A stretch of 64,000 bases of DNA, taken from NCBI GenBank assembly GCA_007693945.1, contig RECP01000052.1:88594-152593 (forward strand), written 5' to 3'. How positions within the stretch are numbered: the first letter of the stretch is position 1; each line of letters opens with the position of its first letter. The notes under the pieces were generated by a model. That model did no database searches, was not told the DNA's origin, and saw nothing but the letters and a program-made list of their open reading frames with translations. Shown here piece by piece: positions 1 to 9,873 of this stretch. A program made the position numbers and the translations under genes. Origin of the DNA: Spirochaetaceae bacterium. GTDB lineage: Bacteria > Spirochaetota > Spirochaetia > DSM-27196 > PWMO01.

Positions 1-2610
1 CTCGATCTCCAGCTCACCCCGCTGCTGTGCCGGACGGTACCAGCCTTCCGCACGTGCCAGGCTCCGGCCCCTGCTGACCTCAGCCCGCAAGCTCGACTGT
101 CCCCGTTCATAGTCCAGCTCCAGCAGCAGCTGACCGATTTCGCGACGTGCCAGAACGAGATCACGTCCACCGAGAGCAGCCGTAACAATCGGCGGACCGC
201 CGGGGGTCACGATCACCGAGATTGTTCCAGACACCATCCCTGAGTAGGCGTCGGCATCCTGGTTCAGCAGGGGGATAATTGTCGCCAGTTCGAGATCCGA
301 GATCCGCACGTCGAGCGGAGGGAACTCCTGGTCCGCATCACGCCGCGAGTCAATCAGTATGGCGGCCTGATCCCTGGTCAGCCGCAGGTTTTCAACCAGT
401 ATCGAACCGTCAGAGATCACAACCAGGTGATCATCGGCGATCTGCCAATCGAAAGACCGGACCGAAAGCCGTTGCGGATCAAACCTCAGTATCAGGCTGT
501 CGCTTTCGAGGCGCGCCCGGGCGCCGATACGCAGCAGATCGGCTCCCTGCTCATCGTCGAGCGTCAGATAGCCGGAGAGCGTGTTGGCGCGCGCATCGCC
601 CCGCACGGTTGGGCCGTGCAGAACCGTGGTACCGCGTTCAACGCGCGAAGCTGCGATTTCGTAGAGCAGCACCCGTGGTCCGGTCGACGCGCTCATGTTG
701 AGCTGCACGACGCGCACGCCGGCAACCGCAATCTCCTCGATACGTGCGTCGGCCTGCATAGTCCCCTCGCTGCCCTCATACACCAGGCGCGCCGAGAGTG
801 CCGACAGCGCCGAGAGTTCGGGGACCAGCGGAACCAGCAGCGTCAACGGCTGGAATACTTCAATCTCCAGCTCAATACTACCGTCCGGCCGCTCCGGCGT
901 CCGGCTCCCCGGTCGTGCGAAGTAGCGCGCTACATGCCGGCGCAGGCTGTCTTGCACCGCATCGAACGCCAGATCAGCGCGAAACTGGAGAGTCAGAATA
1001 TCTGACTCGATCGAGACCCGCGACGCGTGCGCCGTTTGCTGGGCGGTACTGGAAACCAGGAACGACAACTCCTCCAGACGGTGCTCACGCTCCTCTTCTC
1101 GCAGCACGACGTGCGTCAGATCTCCGCCGGCACGAAACTCGCTCGGTGAATCAAAGGATACGTCGAATCGGGAATCACCACTGAGCACGAGGCGCTTGTG
1201 AGCCAGTCCGAACGTCTGCAGGTCGGCACGTGCGACCTTGACCTCACCGCGGAACCGGCGAGTGGCTGTCTGCTGATTGACCTCGAGATCAAGACTGACA
1301 TCAAGTTCGTCGCGGAAGGTCAATCTGGATCGTACGGTGTGGGCCAGCCGTACGCCCAGGCGGCGGTCCGGCGCATCCGCCAGCGGGCGCACCTCGCCGC
1401 GGAAACTTGCCTCTCCGGCACTGCTGTCACCGACAAAGTCGGCCTCAACCTCGTCGAGCGTACCTCGCAGCGATCCGCTAAGGCGCATCCACGCCGGCAA
1501 TGGTACCGCCAGCGCCCGATCATCGACGCCCAGCCGCCGCAATTGCTCGCGATCGACCTCCAACTGCTCAACGACCAGACGGTACGCCGGCTCTTCGCGC
1601 GACAGCAGTCCGCGAAGCTCGCCACGAGCGGTAAGCCGGTTGCCTTCTCCCAGCCCGATATCGATCATCGGGAATTGCAGATCGTCGAGGGTACCGAACA
1701 GCGAGCCGCTCACCGAAAGGCTGGTACCATCCAGAAAACGGCGCATTGCGGCGGGAACAAACGGCATCACGCTCTGCAGGTCGCGCGCGGCCAGGCGGGT
1801 ATTGTAGACCGTTACCGACAACAGGCTGTCAGCCGCTACGCGTTGCGGTTCGCGCGGCCGAAGAGCCTCCGGCGCGGTTACCAGTGAGAAGGCCCCCCGC
1901 AGGGTGCTCTCACCACCGGTCAGCAGAAGATGGTCAACCGAGATCTCGTATTCACTCAGCGTGAACAGCAGCTCGCCGTGATCGAGGCTCAGCCCGTTAA
2001 AGTCACGAAACGAGACGTGCCGCAAATCGAGCGCTACGTGACCTCGCGCCGCCTCAAGATCGTGAGCCCGCACATTGACCCCGTAGAATCGCCAGAGCGG
2101 ATCGTCAATCGGCTCTTCGGCTGCTTCTCTGTAGGTGACGTCGGCTTCGGTTAGCACAATACGCCGCAGCCGCACGCTCCACGGATCGATTTCGAGAAAC
2201 TCGCGTTCGGCCGGTGATCGTGCCGGCAGCGATTGACCGAACTGCGTGATATTGAGTCTTTCCCCCTGGCGCAGATTCAACTGCACTCCGGTCAGCGACA
2301 CCACTCCGATATCTACGATGCGGTCCAGCAGGGCGCGGAGATCGATTATCAGCTCTCCGCGCTCGACCTGCAGCATGGTCCGGCCGTCGGACTCCTGTAC
2401 CTTCAAGCCCGCGAACCGCAGTTCACCGGACAGTCCGGCACGAATCTCGCGGATCTCGATCTCGGTATCTGAACGCTCGGCAAGCGTTTCAAAAACACGG
2501 CGCACCAGCTGCAACTGCACCCACGGGTGCATCGCCAGCAGCGACGCCACACCTCCCAGAGAGAGCAGCACCAGCATTGAGACAGAGATGGTCACCAGCA
2601 GTTTCTTCAT
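1..2610 (-). CDS. TamB/AsmA-like outer-membrane translocation-and-assembly protein, first 870 codons (3' end runs off the window)
   Basis: Absent from the ORF track because no stop codon lies in the window. Hand translation from ATG 2610 (AGGGG 4 nt upstream) gives MKKLLVTISVSMLVLLSLGGVASLLAMHPWVQLQLVRRVFETLAERSDTEIEIREIRAGLSGELRFAGLKVQESDGR..., a signal-anchor followed by repetitive beta-rich segments. The frame is still open at spot checks near 1000 (RVSIESDILT) and at base 1 (AQQRGELEIE). The plus-strand ORFs here (427..1005, 1198..1887) are Arg/Gln-rich and not protein-like. Confidence 0.6.
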   Translation of the reverse strand, partial: MKKLLVTISVSMLVLLSLGGVASLLAMHPWVQLQLVRRVFETLAERSDTEIEIREIRAGLSGELRFAGLKVQESDGRTMLQVERGELIIDLRALLDRIVDIGVVSLTGVQLNLRQGERLNITQFGQSLPARSPAEREFLEIDPWSVRLRRIVLTEADVTYREAAEEPIDDPLWRFYGVNVRAHDLEAARGHVALDLRHVSFRDFNGLSLDHGELLFTLSEYEISVDHLLLTGGESTLRGAFSLVTAPEALRPREPQRVAADSLLSVTVYNTRLAARDLQSVMPFVPAAMRRFLDGTSLSVSGSLFGTLDDLQFPMIDIGLGEGNRLTARGELRGLLSREEPAYRLVVEQLEVDREQLRRLGVDDRALAVPLPAWMRLSGSLRGTLDEVEADFVGDSSAGEASFRGEVRPLADAPDRRLGVRLAHTVRSRLTFRDELDVSLDLEVNQQTATRRFRGEVKVARADLQTFGLAHKRLVLSGDSRFDVSFDSPSEFRAGGDLTHVVLREEEREHRLEELSFLVSSTAQQTAHASRVSIESDILTLQFRADLAFDAVQDSLRRHVARYFARPGSRTPERPDGSIELEIEVFQPLTLLVPLVPELSALSALSARLVYEGSEGTMQADARIEEIAVAGVRVVQLNMSASTGPRVLLYEIAASRVERGTTVLHGPTVRGDARANTLSGYLTLDDEQGADLLRIGARARLESDSLILRFDPQRLSVRSFDWQIADDHLVVISDGSILVENLRLTRDQAAILIDSRRDADQEFPPLDVRISDLELATIIPLLNQDADAYSGMVSGTISVIVTPGGPPIVTAALGGRDLVLARREIGQLLLELDYERGQSSLRAEVSRGRSLARAEGWYRPAQQRGELEIE

Positions 2611-2858
2611 AGACCCCTGGTTACCGGCAGCCGCAACCGATAACTGCACCGGCGTAGCCGGTCCCCACCTATAAGGTATCGAAGCAACCGCCACGGAGCA
2701 ACCCGGCCGCGCCCCAGAGTGCCCCTCGCAGCGTCTCGGCAGCCACACTATGCCAACCGACCCTGCACGGCCAAAATCAGAATTGCTGCGCAACGCACCG
2801 ACGACGCACCGACGGTGGTGGTCTGAAGGACGCCGATGTGGCATACTGTTTGACGACT

Positions 2859-3359
2859 ATGAAGGAACCAACAACGCAGCCGGGTTCGCGCAGCGACGTA
2901 ACGCTGATCGAGGCGGTTGCCGGAACAACGGAAGCACTCGACGGCCGCCCGTCCTGGGGCGCCTATTTCATGGCAACCGCTTTGATCCTGGCTTCGCGCT
3001 CGAGCTGTGAGCGACTGCATGTCGGGTGCGTAGTGGTCTCCGGGCCGCAGAACCCCAACAGGATCATCGCCGCGGGCTATAACGGCTTTCTGCCGGGTGC
3101 CGCGCACCGCTCACGAATGCGTGACGGTCACGAACAGGCCACCGTGCACGCCGAACAGAATGCAGTTGCCGACGCGGCCCGTCGTGGGGTGACGCTCGAC
3201 GGCACAACCATCTACGTGACCCACTTCCCGTGCATCAGCTGCGCAAAGATCCTTGCAGCCGCCGGAGTACGCGAGATCGTCTATCACTACGACTACCGCA
3301 ACGATCCGCTGGTTGCCGAGATCCTGGAAGAGAGCTCAGTGACGCTGAGCCGCCTGTAA
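2859..3359 (+). CDS. comEB: dCMP (deoxycytidylate) deaminase
   Basis: Zinc-deaminase motifs HAEQNA and PCISCAK are present, with RPSWGAYFM near the N-terminus. ATG 2859 is preferred over GTG 2838 because an extended -10 (TGG-CATACT, 2839..2847) lies between them. Confidence 0.8.
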   Translation: MKEPTTQPGSRSDVTLIEAVAGTTEALDGRPSWGAYFMATALILASRSSCERLHVGCVVVSGPQNPNRIIAAGYNGFLPGAAHRSRMRDGHEQATVHAEQNAVADAARRGVTLDGTTIYVTHFPCISCAKILAAAGVREIVYHYDYRNDPLVAEILEESSVTLSRL

Positions 3360-3382
3360 CCGCGGCAGAATCGGAGGTGCCG

Positions 3383-4711
3383 ATGGAGACAACCGTGTCG
3401 GTTAATCTGGCGATACTGGCCGATGACTTCACCGGCGCCAACGATACCGCCGTACAATTTGCCAAGAAAGGTTTCTGTACGGGAGTTACTCTGGACAGCA
3501 CTGTCGCGGAAACTGCGCTGCGACGCTTCACCGTACTGGCCGTTGATACCGAGACTCGTTTTGACTCCGCGCAACTCGCCTTCCGCAAGACGCACGCCGC
3601 CGTCGCTCAACTGCACGCCGCTGCTGTCCGTCGCTTCTACAAAAAGGTCGATTCAACCATGCGAGGCAATCCCGGCAGCGAAATTGAAGCGGTCCTCGAT
3701 GCTGCCGACCTGCCGCTGGCGATTCTTGCTCCGGCGCTTCCTTCGCACGGCCGCACTACGCTGGCCGGCCAATGCCTGGTGAACGGAGTGCCCGTTTCAC
3801 AGACCGAGTTCGGCCGTGATCCCAGGACACCGGTCAGTGATTCCTCGATTGCCGCCATCCTGGCTGCTCAGTGTTCCTGTCCAGTTGACATCCTCGAACT
3901 GCAGACCGTGCGCCGCGGCGCAGAGCAGCTCTTCTCGCGGCTGCAGACTCTAACCGCCGACGGACGGCGTCATATAGCGGTACTGGATGCCGAATCCTCC
4001 ACCGATCTGGAGCTCATCGGTCGCTGTATCGCGCTGTTTGCCCAGCCTCCGCTGGCGGCAGGATCTTCAGGGCTGGCAGACTATCTTGTGGTGCCGCGCA
4101 CCGCTCCGAGCACCGACCACCAACACGGGGAATCTCCGGCCGGCTCCGTCCCCCGCGGCAGCGCCCGCAGAGGCCCCGCTCTAATCGTCGTGGGTAGCGT
4201 AAGCCAAACCGCCGCGGCCCAGATTGAACACGCCGTCAGCGCCCGCAGCGATCTATGCGAACTGCGCCTCGACCCCGCCGCGGCGGTTCACAACCCGCAG
4301 CGGGAACGCAACCGCCTGCGACAGCTCTACCTCCTGACGCGCAGCCGCGGCGTGCCGGCGATCCTGCGTTCCACGCACCCCGCTGATAGCGGCCGGCTGT
4401 CACCCGAGCAAATCGCGCGTTGCATAGGTCGCCTGATCGGCGATATCGTTGTTCACCACCCGCCGGGCGGTCTGATGCTCAGCGGCGGGGATACCGCGAT
4501 CAAGACAGCCGCCGCCCTGGGCTGCAGCGGGTTTGCGATTGACGGTGAGGTTCTGCCCGGCATTCCGTGCGGGCGATTCATCGTTGAGCCCGGCACACGG
4601 CCATATGCGGCCGGCGTGCAGCACATACCGGTGGTAACCAAGGCGGGTGGCTTCGGCCACCGCGATGCCATCGTGCGTATTCTCCATTATCTCGAGGAGT
4701 GTACATCGTGA
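3383..4711 (+). CDS. Four-carbon acid-sugar kinase, DUF1537 family (DtnK/OtnK-like)
   Basis: The N-terminus METTVSVNLAILADDFTGANDTAVQFAKKG is the DUF1537 signature. GGAGG lies 7 nt upstream of ATG 3383. The longer ORF from 3230 overlaps the deaminase gene and was rejected. The gene is paired with a PdxA-family gene. Confidence 0.75.
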   Translation: METTVSVNLAILADDFTGANDTAVQFAKKGFCTGVTLDSTVAETALRRFTVLAVDTETRFDSAQLAFRKTHAAVAQLHAAAVRRFYKKVDSTMRGNPGSEIEAVLDAADLPLAILAPALPSHGRTTLAGQCLVNGVPVSQTEFGRDPRTPVSDSSIAAILAAQCSCPVDILELQTVRRGAEQLFSRLQTLTADGRRHIAVLDAESSTDLELIGRCIALFAQPPLAAGSSGLADYLVVPRTAPSTDHQHGESPAGSVPRGSARRGPALIVVGSVSQTAAAQIEHAVSARSDLCELRLDPAAAVHNPQRERNRLRQLYLLTRSRGVPAILRSTHPADSGRLSPEQIARCIGRLIGDIVVHHPPGGLMLSGGDTAIKTAAALGCSGFAIDGEVLPGIPCGRFIVEPGTRPYAAGVQHIPVVTKAGGFGHRDAIVRILHYLEECTS

Positions 4712-5688
4712 TCGTAGTAACCATGGGAGATGCCAATGGCGTCGGCCCCGAGCTGACACTGAAGGGCTGGGTCGAAGGGGACTTTGAGCCGGATACCGTC
4801 ATAATCGGTGACCTGGCCGCGCTTGAACGTGCGCGCGAGGCGCTCGCGCTGGCGATAGACTTCACCAGACTCGAAGACATCTCTTCACCGGTGGCCGGCG
4901 GTACGCTCGGTATTCTGGATCTTGACATGCTGTCCCCGGCTGATATCACTCCGGGACAACTGTCGCGCGCCACCGGCTCCGCCGCGATTGCGTACGTCGA
5001 GCGTGCTACGCATCTGGCACTCGATGGTGCGGTTGACGCGATTGTGACCCTGCCGATCAATAAGGAGGCCACCGGACTGTCGCTGCCGGGCTTCTCCGGA
5101 CATACCGAGTTTATCGCTGAATTGTGCCACACGGCCGGAACAACCATGATGCTGGCATCCGAGCGCCTGATTGTCACGCACGTCAGCACGCATGTCTCAC
5201 TGCGGCATGCCGTTGAGCGCGTGCGGCGCCCGCGAGTTCTGGAGGTGATCCAGCTGACACATGACGCGCTGCAGCAGTTGCGGCCTCGGGCGCGCATAGC
5301 GGTTGCCGGGCTCAATCCACACGCCGGGGAGCACGGGGCCTTCGGCGACGAAGACATCGGCGAGATCCTGCCGGCAGTCGAAGAGGCCTGCGCACAGGGC
5401 ATTGACGCATCCGGACCAATTGCCGCCGACACGGTCTTCTATCAGGCGGTGGAAAACGATCGCTACGATGCGGTAGTCTGCATGTATCACGACCAGGGGC
5501 ACATACCGATGAAGACTCTCGATTTCGACGGCGGGGTCAACGTAACGCTCGGACTGCCGATCGTACGCACTTCGGTTGATCACGGGACCGCGTTTGATAT
5601 CGCCTACAAGGGAATCGCACGTACTCGCAGCCTGCGCGCGGCCTGCGCGATGGCCCGGCTGCTGCGCCCCACCCTCCGCGACCAGTGA
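4708..5688 (+). CDS. pdxA2: PdxA-family 4-phospho-threonate/4-hydroxythreonine-4-phosphate dehydrogenase (PdxA2-like)
   Basis: It shows ..IVVTMGDANGVGPEL.., GHTEF and HDQGHIPMK motifs. GTG 4708 overlaps the upstream stop (GTGA) and lies 8 nt after GAGGAG. The ORF track begins it at GTG 4699. Confidence 0.75.
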   Translation: MIVVTMGDANGVGPELTLKGWVEGDFEPDTVIIGDLAALERAREALALAIDFTRLEDISSPVAGGTLGILDLDMLSPADITPGQLSRATGSAAIAYVERATHLALDGAVDAIVTLPINKEATGLSLPGFSGHTEFIAELCHTAGTTMMLASERLIVTHVSTHVSLRHAVERVRRPRVLEVIQLTHDALQQLRPRARIAVAGLNPHAGEHGAFGDEDIGEILPAVEEACAQGIDASGPIAADTVFYQAVENDRYDAVVCMYHDQGHIPMKTLDFDGGVNVTLGLPIVRTSVDHGTAFDIAYKGIARTRSLRAACAMARLLRPTLRDQ

Positions 5689-5811
5689 AGATCGCCGCGC
5701 GTGTTCGTGCGCCGGCATAGGTGTTCGACTGCCACGTTCGCGTCGCGCCGGCGGAGTTGGCCGGCGCCGAGGTTCCGACCTGACCTGCCGCGACGGATCG
5801 CCCTTGAAGGT

Positions 5812-5840
5812 TTGCACAACGCGATCACAATGCGTACTAT
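5812..5840 (+). promoter_or_regulatory. Sigma70-type promoter TTGCAC-17-TACTAT in front of the HD-GYP gene
   Basis: The -35 is at 5812..5817 and the -10 at 5835..5840. In-frame GTG codons sit at 5844 and 5847, that is +4 and +7 from the -10, and no Shine-Dalgarno sequence (SD) is present. Confidence 0.4.
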
Positions 5841-5843
5841 ATA

Positions 5844-7088
5844 GTGGTGACACCTCGGTCAGCTATTGCCGTTCCGTCGCACAGGAACGTGCCGCGCGAT
5901 GTTAACAGCCTGCTCGATACAGTAGATGCGGTCAACCACATTCAGGAACTCGACGAACTGCTGGAAAGGGTACTGCTTGAGAGCCGCCGCTTTGTCAGCG
6001 CCGATGCCGGAACGCTCTATCTGATTTCAAAGCAGCGTCTCTTTTTCAGCTACGTGCAGAATGACACGCTGTTCGCACGAAACCAGGCGGAATCACGCTA
6101 CGTGTATTCGAGCCGCAGCCTGCCGCTGGACCATCGGTCGCTGGCCGGCTACGCGGCATCGAGCGGTGAGAGCCTGCTGATCGACGACGTCTACCACATC
6201 CACAGCGACGTCGATTACTCCTTCAACCCCTCGTTCGATCAGAGGACCGACTACCTGACCGGATCGATGCTGATCGTTCCACTGATCACGCGCGCAGCCA
6301 AGGTTGTGGGTGTACTGCAGCTGATCAACGCCCTGGACCACAGCGGAGAGGTCGTGCCTTTCTCCGAGCAGGACCGGCGCTACGTCAATCAGTTTGCACG
6401 TCACGCCGCCAACGCCATCGAAACCGCTCGCATGGGTAAAGAGATGGTACTGCGCATGGTTGAACTCGCCGAACTACGCGACCCCTACGAGACCAGCCGC
6501 CACGCCAAACGGGTCGGGGCGTACGCCGCGGAGCTCTACGAGTTGTGGGCTCGCCGCCGCAGTATACCCGAGCGCACCCTCAGACGCCATCGCGGCATGA
6601 TCAAGACGGCGGCAATGCTGCACGACATAGGCAAGGTCGCGGTGAGCGACGCCATCCTGAAGAAGCGCGGCAAGCTCTCCGATGATGAGCTGGCATTGCT
6701 GAGGTGGCATACGGTACTGGGGGCCCGGCTGTTCAGCCGCGTTGACTCGCCATGGGACCAGATAGCGCGTGAAGTGATCCTCAATCACCACGAGCGCTGG
6801 GACGGTACCGGCTACCCGGGGAAGATAGAATCGCTGCAGAGCGCCACGATCCGATTCGGACCGGGCAAGCGCGCCGAAGAAATACCGGTCAGCGCGAGGA
6901 TTGTGGCCATTGCCGACGTCTTTGACGCCCTGATTTCGGAACGCTCCTACAAGAACCCGTGGGTTCTCGACCGCGCGCTGGAGTACCTCAACGAAAACGC
7001 GGGCAGCCAGTTTGACCCCGAACTGGTGCAGATATTCCTGGATATGCAGGACGTAGTCGCCTCCATCCGACGCAAGTACGAGTACTGA
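5844..7088 (+). CDS. GAF-domain HD-GYP c-di-GMP phosphodiesterase
   Basis: The C-terminal half carries HDIGK and HHERWDGTGYPG, the HD-GYP signature. The N-terminal half is GAF-like. The start is uncertain (GTG 5844/5847, possibly leaderless). Confidence 0.75.
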   Translation: MVTPRSAIAVPSHRNVPRDVNSLLDTVDAVNHIQELDELLERVLLESRRFVSADAGTLYLISKQRLFFSYVQNDTLFARNQAESRYVYSSRSLPLDHRSLAGYAASSGESLLIDDVYHIHSDVDYSFNPSFDQRTDYLTGSMLIVPLITRAAKVVGVLQLINALDHSGEVVPFSEQDRRYVNQFARHAANAIETARMGKEMVLRMVELAELRDPYETSRHAKRVGAYAAELYELWARRRSIPERTLRRHRGMIKTAAMLHDIGKVAVSDAILKKRGKLSDDELALLRWHTVLGARLFSRVDSPWDQIAREVILNHHERWDGTGYPGKIESLQSATIRFGPGKRAEEIPVSARIVAIADVFDALISERSYKNPWVLDRALEYLNENAGSQFDPELVQIFLDMQDVVASIRRKYEY

Positions 7089-7112
7089 AATCCCGTCAGA
7101 GCCGATGGGCAC

Positions 7113-7141
7113 ACGACAGCTGCCTCCACCCGTGTTACAAT
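7113..7141 (+). promoter_or_regulatory. Candidate promoter ACGACA-17-TGT-TACAAT for the acyl-CoA ligase gene
   Basis: An extended -10 (TGTTACAAT) lies at 7133..7141. A 42-nt leader follows, with GGAG 7 nt before ATG 7183. Confidence 0.4.
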
Positions 7142-7182
7142 GGAGTCTCACACAATCCGTATTCAACTCGCAGGAGACCGGT

Positions 7183-8934
7183 ATGAAGACCGCACAGCAG
7201 GATATTCCGTGGCGCTTCCTCGACACCTATCGTGGAACGCATTTTCACGGCTCGTGGCCTACGTTGCCCGAGCTCTTCACTATCACGACCGAGCGGTTTC
7301 CCGATCGGCAATGCTACACGGTGTACGATCCCGAGCGCAGCAGCATGCCCTACTCGGAAGCTCTGGCGATCATTGGACGGGTAGCCAATTTCCTGCGCTC
7401 AATCAAGATCGATCACGGAGACAAAGTCGCGGTCAGCGGCAAGAACAGCCCCGAGTGGGCTATCGCCTATATGGCAACGCTGTTTGCCGGGGCCACGGTG
7501 GTCCCGATCGACTATCAGCTCAAGGATGCCGAGATCGATAAGCTGCTGTCGGTATCCGGGGCAAAGGCGCTCTTCATTGACGAAGAACGATTCGAACGCT
7601 TTCGTGCCGGCAAAGCAGCGCCGCGCGGGGTATTCAGCCTGTCCAGGAACCACGATTCCTACATCTACCACCTGGAGAGCAAGCGCACCTACAAGATAAC
7701 GCCGGCCCGGCAGGACGATCTGGCCGCGATTCTGTTCACCTCCGGCACTACGGGGACTCCCAAGGGTGTCATGTTGACGCACGCTAATTTCGTCTCCGAC
7801 TGTTTTCTGGCGCAGGCCAACCTCGGTATCTTTCACACCGACGTGTTCTACGCGCTGCTCCCGCTTCACCACTCGTACTGCATGCTGGCGGTGTTCATTG
7901 AGAGCATGTCGGTCGGCGCCGAGCTGGTATTCGGCAAACGCATGGTGATCACTCAGATTCTGCACGATCTGAAAGAGGCACGTGTCACGATGTTCCTCGG
8001 CGTTCCAATGCTGTTCAACAAGGTGTTGAACGGCATCATGCGCGGAGTGCGCCGGAAAGGTATTGTGGTTTACGCCCTGGTCCGTTTCCTGATGGGCGTC
8101 AGCGGCCTGATCAAGAAGCTTTTCAGGCGCAATCCCGGCAAGAAGATCTTCCGCAGCGTACTGGATAAAGCGTCCCTGGCCACCGTCCGCATTTGCATTT
8201 GCGGAGGCGGGCCGCTGGCACCGAGCGTTTTCCGCCGCTACAACCAGCTTGGTATCGACTTTGTACAGGGCTACGGACTGACTGAAACGGCGCCCATACT
8301 GACGCTCAATCCGGTCGAGCACTACAAGGAAACCAGCGTCGGCCGCGTCATCCCCGAAGTCGACATGCGGATCATCGATCCGGATGAGCGCGGAGCCGGG
8401 GAGATTGTTGTCAAGGGACCGATGGTCATGCAGGGCTACTATAACCTGCCCCGCGAAACCGCCGAGGTGTTCACCGAAGACGGTTACTTCAAGACCGGTG
8501 ACATCGGCTACCTCGACCACGAAAACTACCTCTACCTCACCGGTCGGGCCAAGAACATGATCGTTACCGAAGGCGGCAAGAACGTTTACCCCGAGGAGAT
8601 CGAGAACGGCTTTCAGCTCTACGAGGAGATCGAGCAGATCATGGTACGCGGCTACCAGCAAGACCCGCACCAGAAGGTCGAACGGATCGAGGCACTGGTC
8701 TACCCCAACCCGGAACTGTTCCAGGACCAACTCCAGGGCGGTCAGCGCGGTCGCATGGCGGTTGAAAAGCGCGTCAACGAAATAGTCGCCGAAGTCAATC
8801 GCGAGGCGGCACCCTATCAGCGCATCTCCCGTGTGCAGGTTCTCGATCAGCCGATGGAGATGACCACTACCAGGAAGATCAAGCGCCATGCCGTGCAGGA
8901 CGAAGGCCGGCAAGACCAGACGGCGCTTTCCTGA
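7183..8934 (+). CDS. fadD: Long-chain fatty-acid--CoA ligase (AMP-forming)
   Basis: The AMP-binding motif TSGTTGTPKGVMLTH is present, along with GYGLTE and a C-terminal TRKIKR. ATG 7183 is preceded by GGAG. The upstream extension from 7105 has no support. Confidence 0.8.
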   Translation: MKTAQQDIPWRFLDTYRGTHFHGSWPTLPELFTITTERFPDRQCYTVYDPERSSMPYSEALAIIGRVANFLRSIKIDHGDKVAVSGKNSPEWAIAYMATLFAGATVVPIDYQLKDAEIDKLLSVSGAKALFIDEERFERFRAGKAAPRGVFSLSRNHDSYIYHLESKRTYKITPARQDDLAAILFTSGTTGTPKGVMLTHANFVSDCFLAQANLGIFHTDVFYALLPLHHSYCMLAVFIESMSVGAELVFGKRMVITQILHDLKEARVTMFLGVPMLFNKVLNGIMRGVRRKGIVVYALVRFLMGVSGLIKKLFRRNPGKKIFRSVLDKASLATVRICICGGGPLAPSVFRRYNQLGIDFVQGYGLTETAPILTLNPVEHYKETSVGRVIPEVDMRIIDPDERGAGEIVVKGPMVMQGYYNLPRETAEVFTEDGYFKTGDIGYLDHENYLYLTGRAKNMIVTEGGKNVYPEEIENGFQLYEEIEQIMVRGYQQDPHQKVERIEALVYPNPELFQDQLQGGQRGRMAVEKRVNEIVAEVNREAAPYQRISRVQVLDQPMEMTTTRKIKRHAVQDEGRQDQTALS

Positions 8935-8941
8935 CCCGCTG

Positions 8942-9778
8942 ATGGACCACATGAAGCACCTGGCGCCGCTGGCCGGCGCCATCGACTCACACTGCCACCT
9001 CGCGTTCACTGCAGCCCGCGGGGTGCCGGTCAACGACATTCTGACCCGCTGTTTCGGTACCGGCATGAGCGCGGTGCTCGACATTGCCGTCACTGCTGAC
9101 GATATTGCCGAACGCCTGAAACTGACGCACGGTTTCCCTCACGTCGTGCACAGTGTCGGTGTGCACCCTGCCGAAGCGGCGCGGGCGGATGCCGCCGGGG
9201 TCTCGACCATCCTGCGCGATGCCGCCGCAACGTGTCCCTCGGTGGTTGCCATCGGCGAGACCGGACTCGACTGGTACCGTGGTCGCCGCAATGCCGCCGC
9301 GCAGTATGCACTGTTCGAGGCGCAACTGCAGCTGGCGTGCGAACTCGACCTGCCGCTGATAATCCACAACCGCGATGCCGCCGACGACATTCTGGCACTG
9401 CTGCGGACCAGCCTTCCGCCGCGCGGCGGGATCATGCACTGCTACTCGGCACACCCCGACTACGTCGCTGAGTTCGTGGACCTCGGTTTTGCACTCTCTT
9501 TTGCCGGCAACCTGACGTTCCCGCGAGCCGAAGAGACGCGTCAGGCAGCCGTGGCCGTACCGCAGGAGTGGCTGCTGGTCGAAACCGATTCACCGTTCCT
9601 GGCGCCGGTTCCGGCTCGCGGACGGCCCAACCACCCCGGCTACATCGGTCACACCTACCGGGCGCTGGCAGCCCTCCGGCGTCAGCCGCTTGATGAGTTG
9701 ACCCGGCACGTGGCGCAAAACTTCGCGCGGCTGTTCCCCTCCGCGCCTTTGGCGCCGGCTCGCTTCGACGCCGGCTGA
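8942..9778 (+). CDS. tatD: TatD-family metal-dependent deoxyribonuclease/hydrolase
   Basis: It shows IDSHCHL, GETGLDWY, the HNRDA region and ETDSPFLAP motifs. Confidence 0.8.
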   Translation: MDHMKHLAPLAGAIDSHCHLAFTAARGVPVNDILTRCFGTGMSAVLDIAVTADDIAERLKLTHGFPHVVHSVGVHPAEAARADAAGVSTILRDAAATCPSVVAIGETGLDWYRGRRNAAAQYALFEAQLQLACELDLPLIIHNRDAADDILALLRTSLPPRGGIMHCYSAHPDYVAEFVDLGFALSFAGNLTFPRAEETRQAAVAVPQEWLLVETDSPFLAPVPARGRPNHPGYIGHTYRALAALRRQPLDELTRHVAQNFARLFPSAPLAPARFDAG

Positions 9779-9811
9779 CCGGCGCCCCCTACCGGCCGGC
9801 CTTGAAACAAA

Positions 9812-9837
9812 GAGCCCCGCGGCGTAGCCGGGGGCTC
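9812..9837. terminator. Bidirectional hairpin between convergent tatD and flaA
   Basis: GAGCCCC-G-CGGC gta GCCG-G-GGGGCTC forms 11 bp with one G:G mismatch. On the minus strand it is followed by TTTGTTTCAA. Confidence 0.5.
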
Positions 9838-9873
9838 CGAATGTGCATCTCACGAATGAGCCGTGACGCGCGA

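Noticed and set aside
279-2674. Plus-strand ORFs in the first 2.7 kb (279..701, 427..1005, 1198..1887, 2246..2674 and others).
   Set aside because: Their translations are Arg/Gln/Pro-rich with no motifs. A single uninterrupted minus-strand frame from ATG 2610 to base 1, with a signal-anchor and a TamB-like repetitive body, explains the region better.
7399-9093. Very long antisense ORFs opposite recognised genes. Examples: 7399..9093, 19710..20762, 30220..31476, 33428..34828, 44035..45459, 45651..46724, 47217..48239, 52438..53421, 53481..54518 and 57908..58678.
   Set aside because: This is the typical high-GC artefact, because stop codons are rare on the antisense strand. The products are Arg/Gly/His-rich and motif-free, while the opposite strand carries unambiguous family signatures (AMP-binding, TPR, FlgK/L, GH3, YjeF, SecA, PBP, MeaB).
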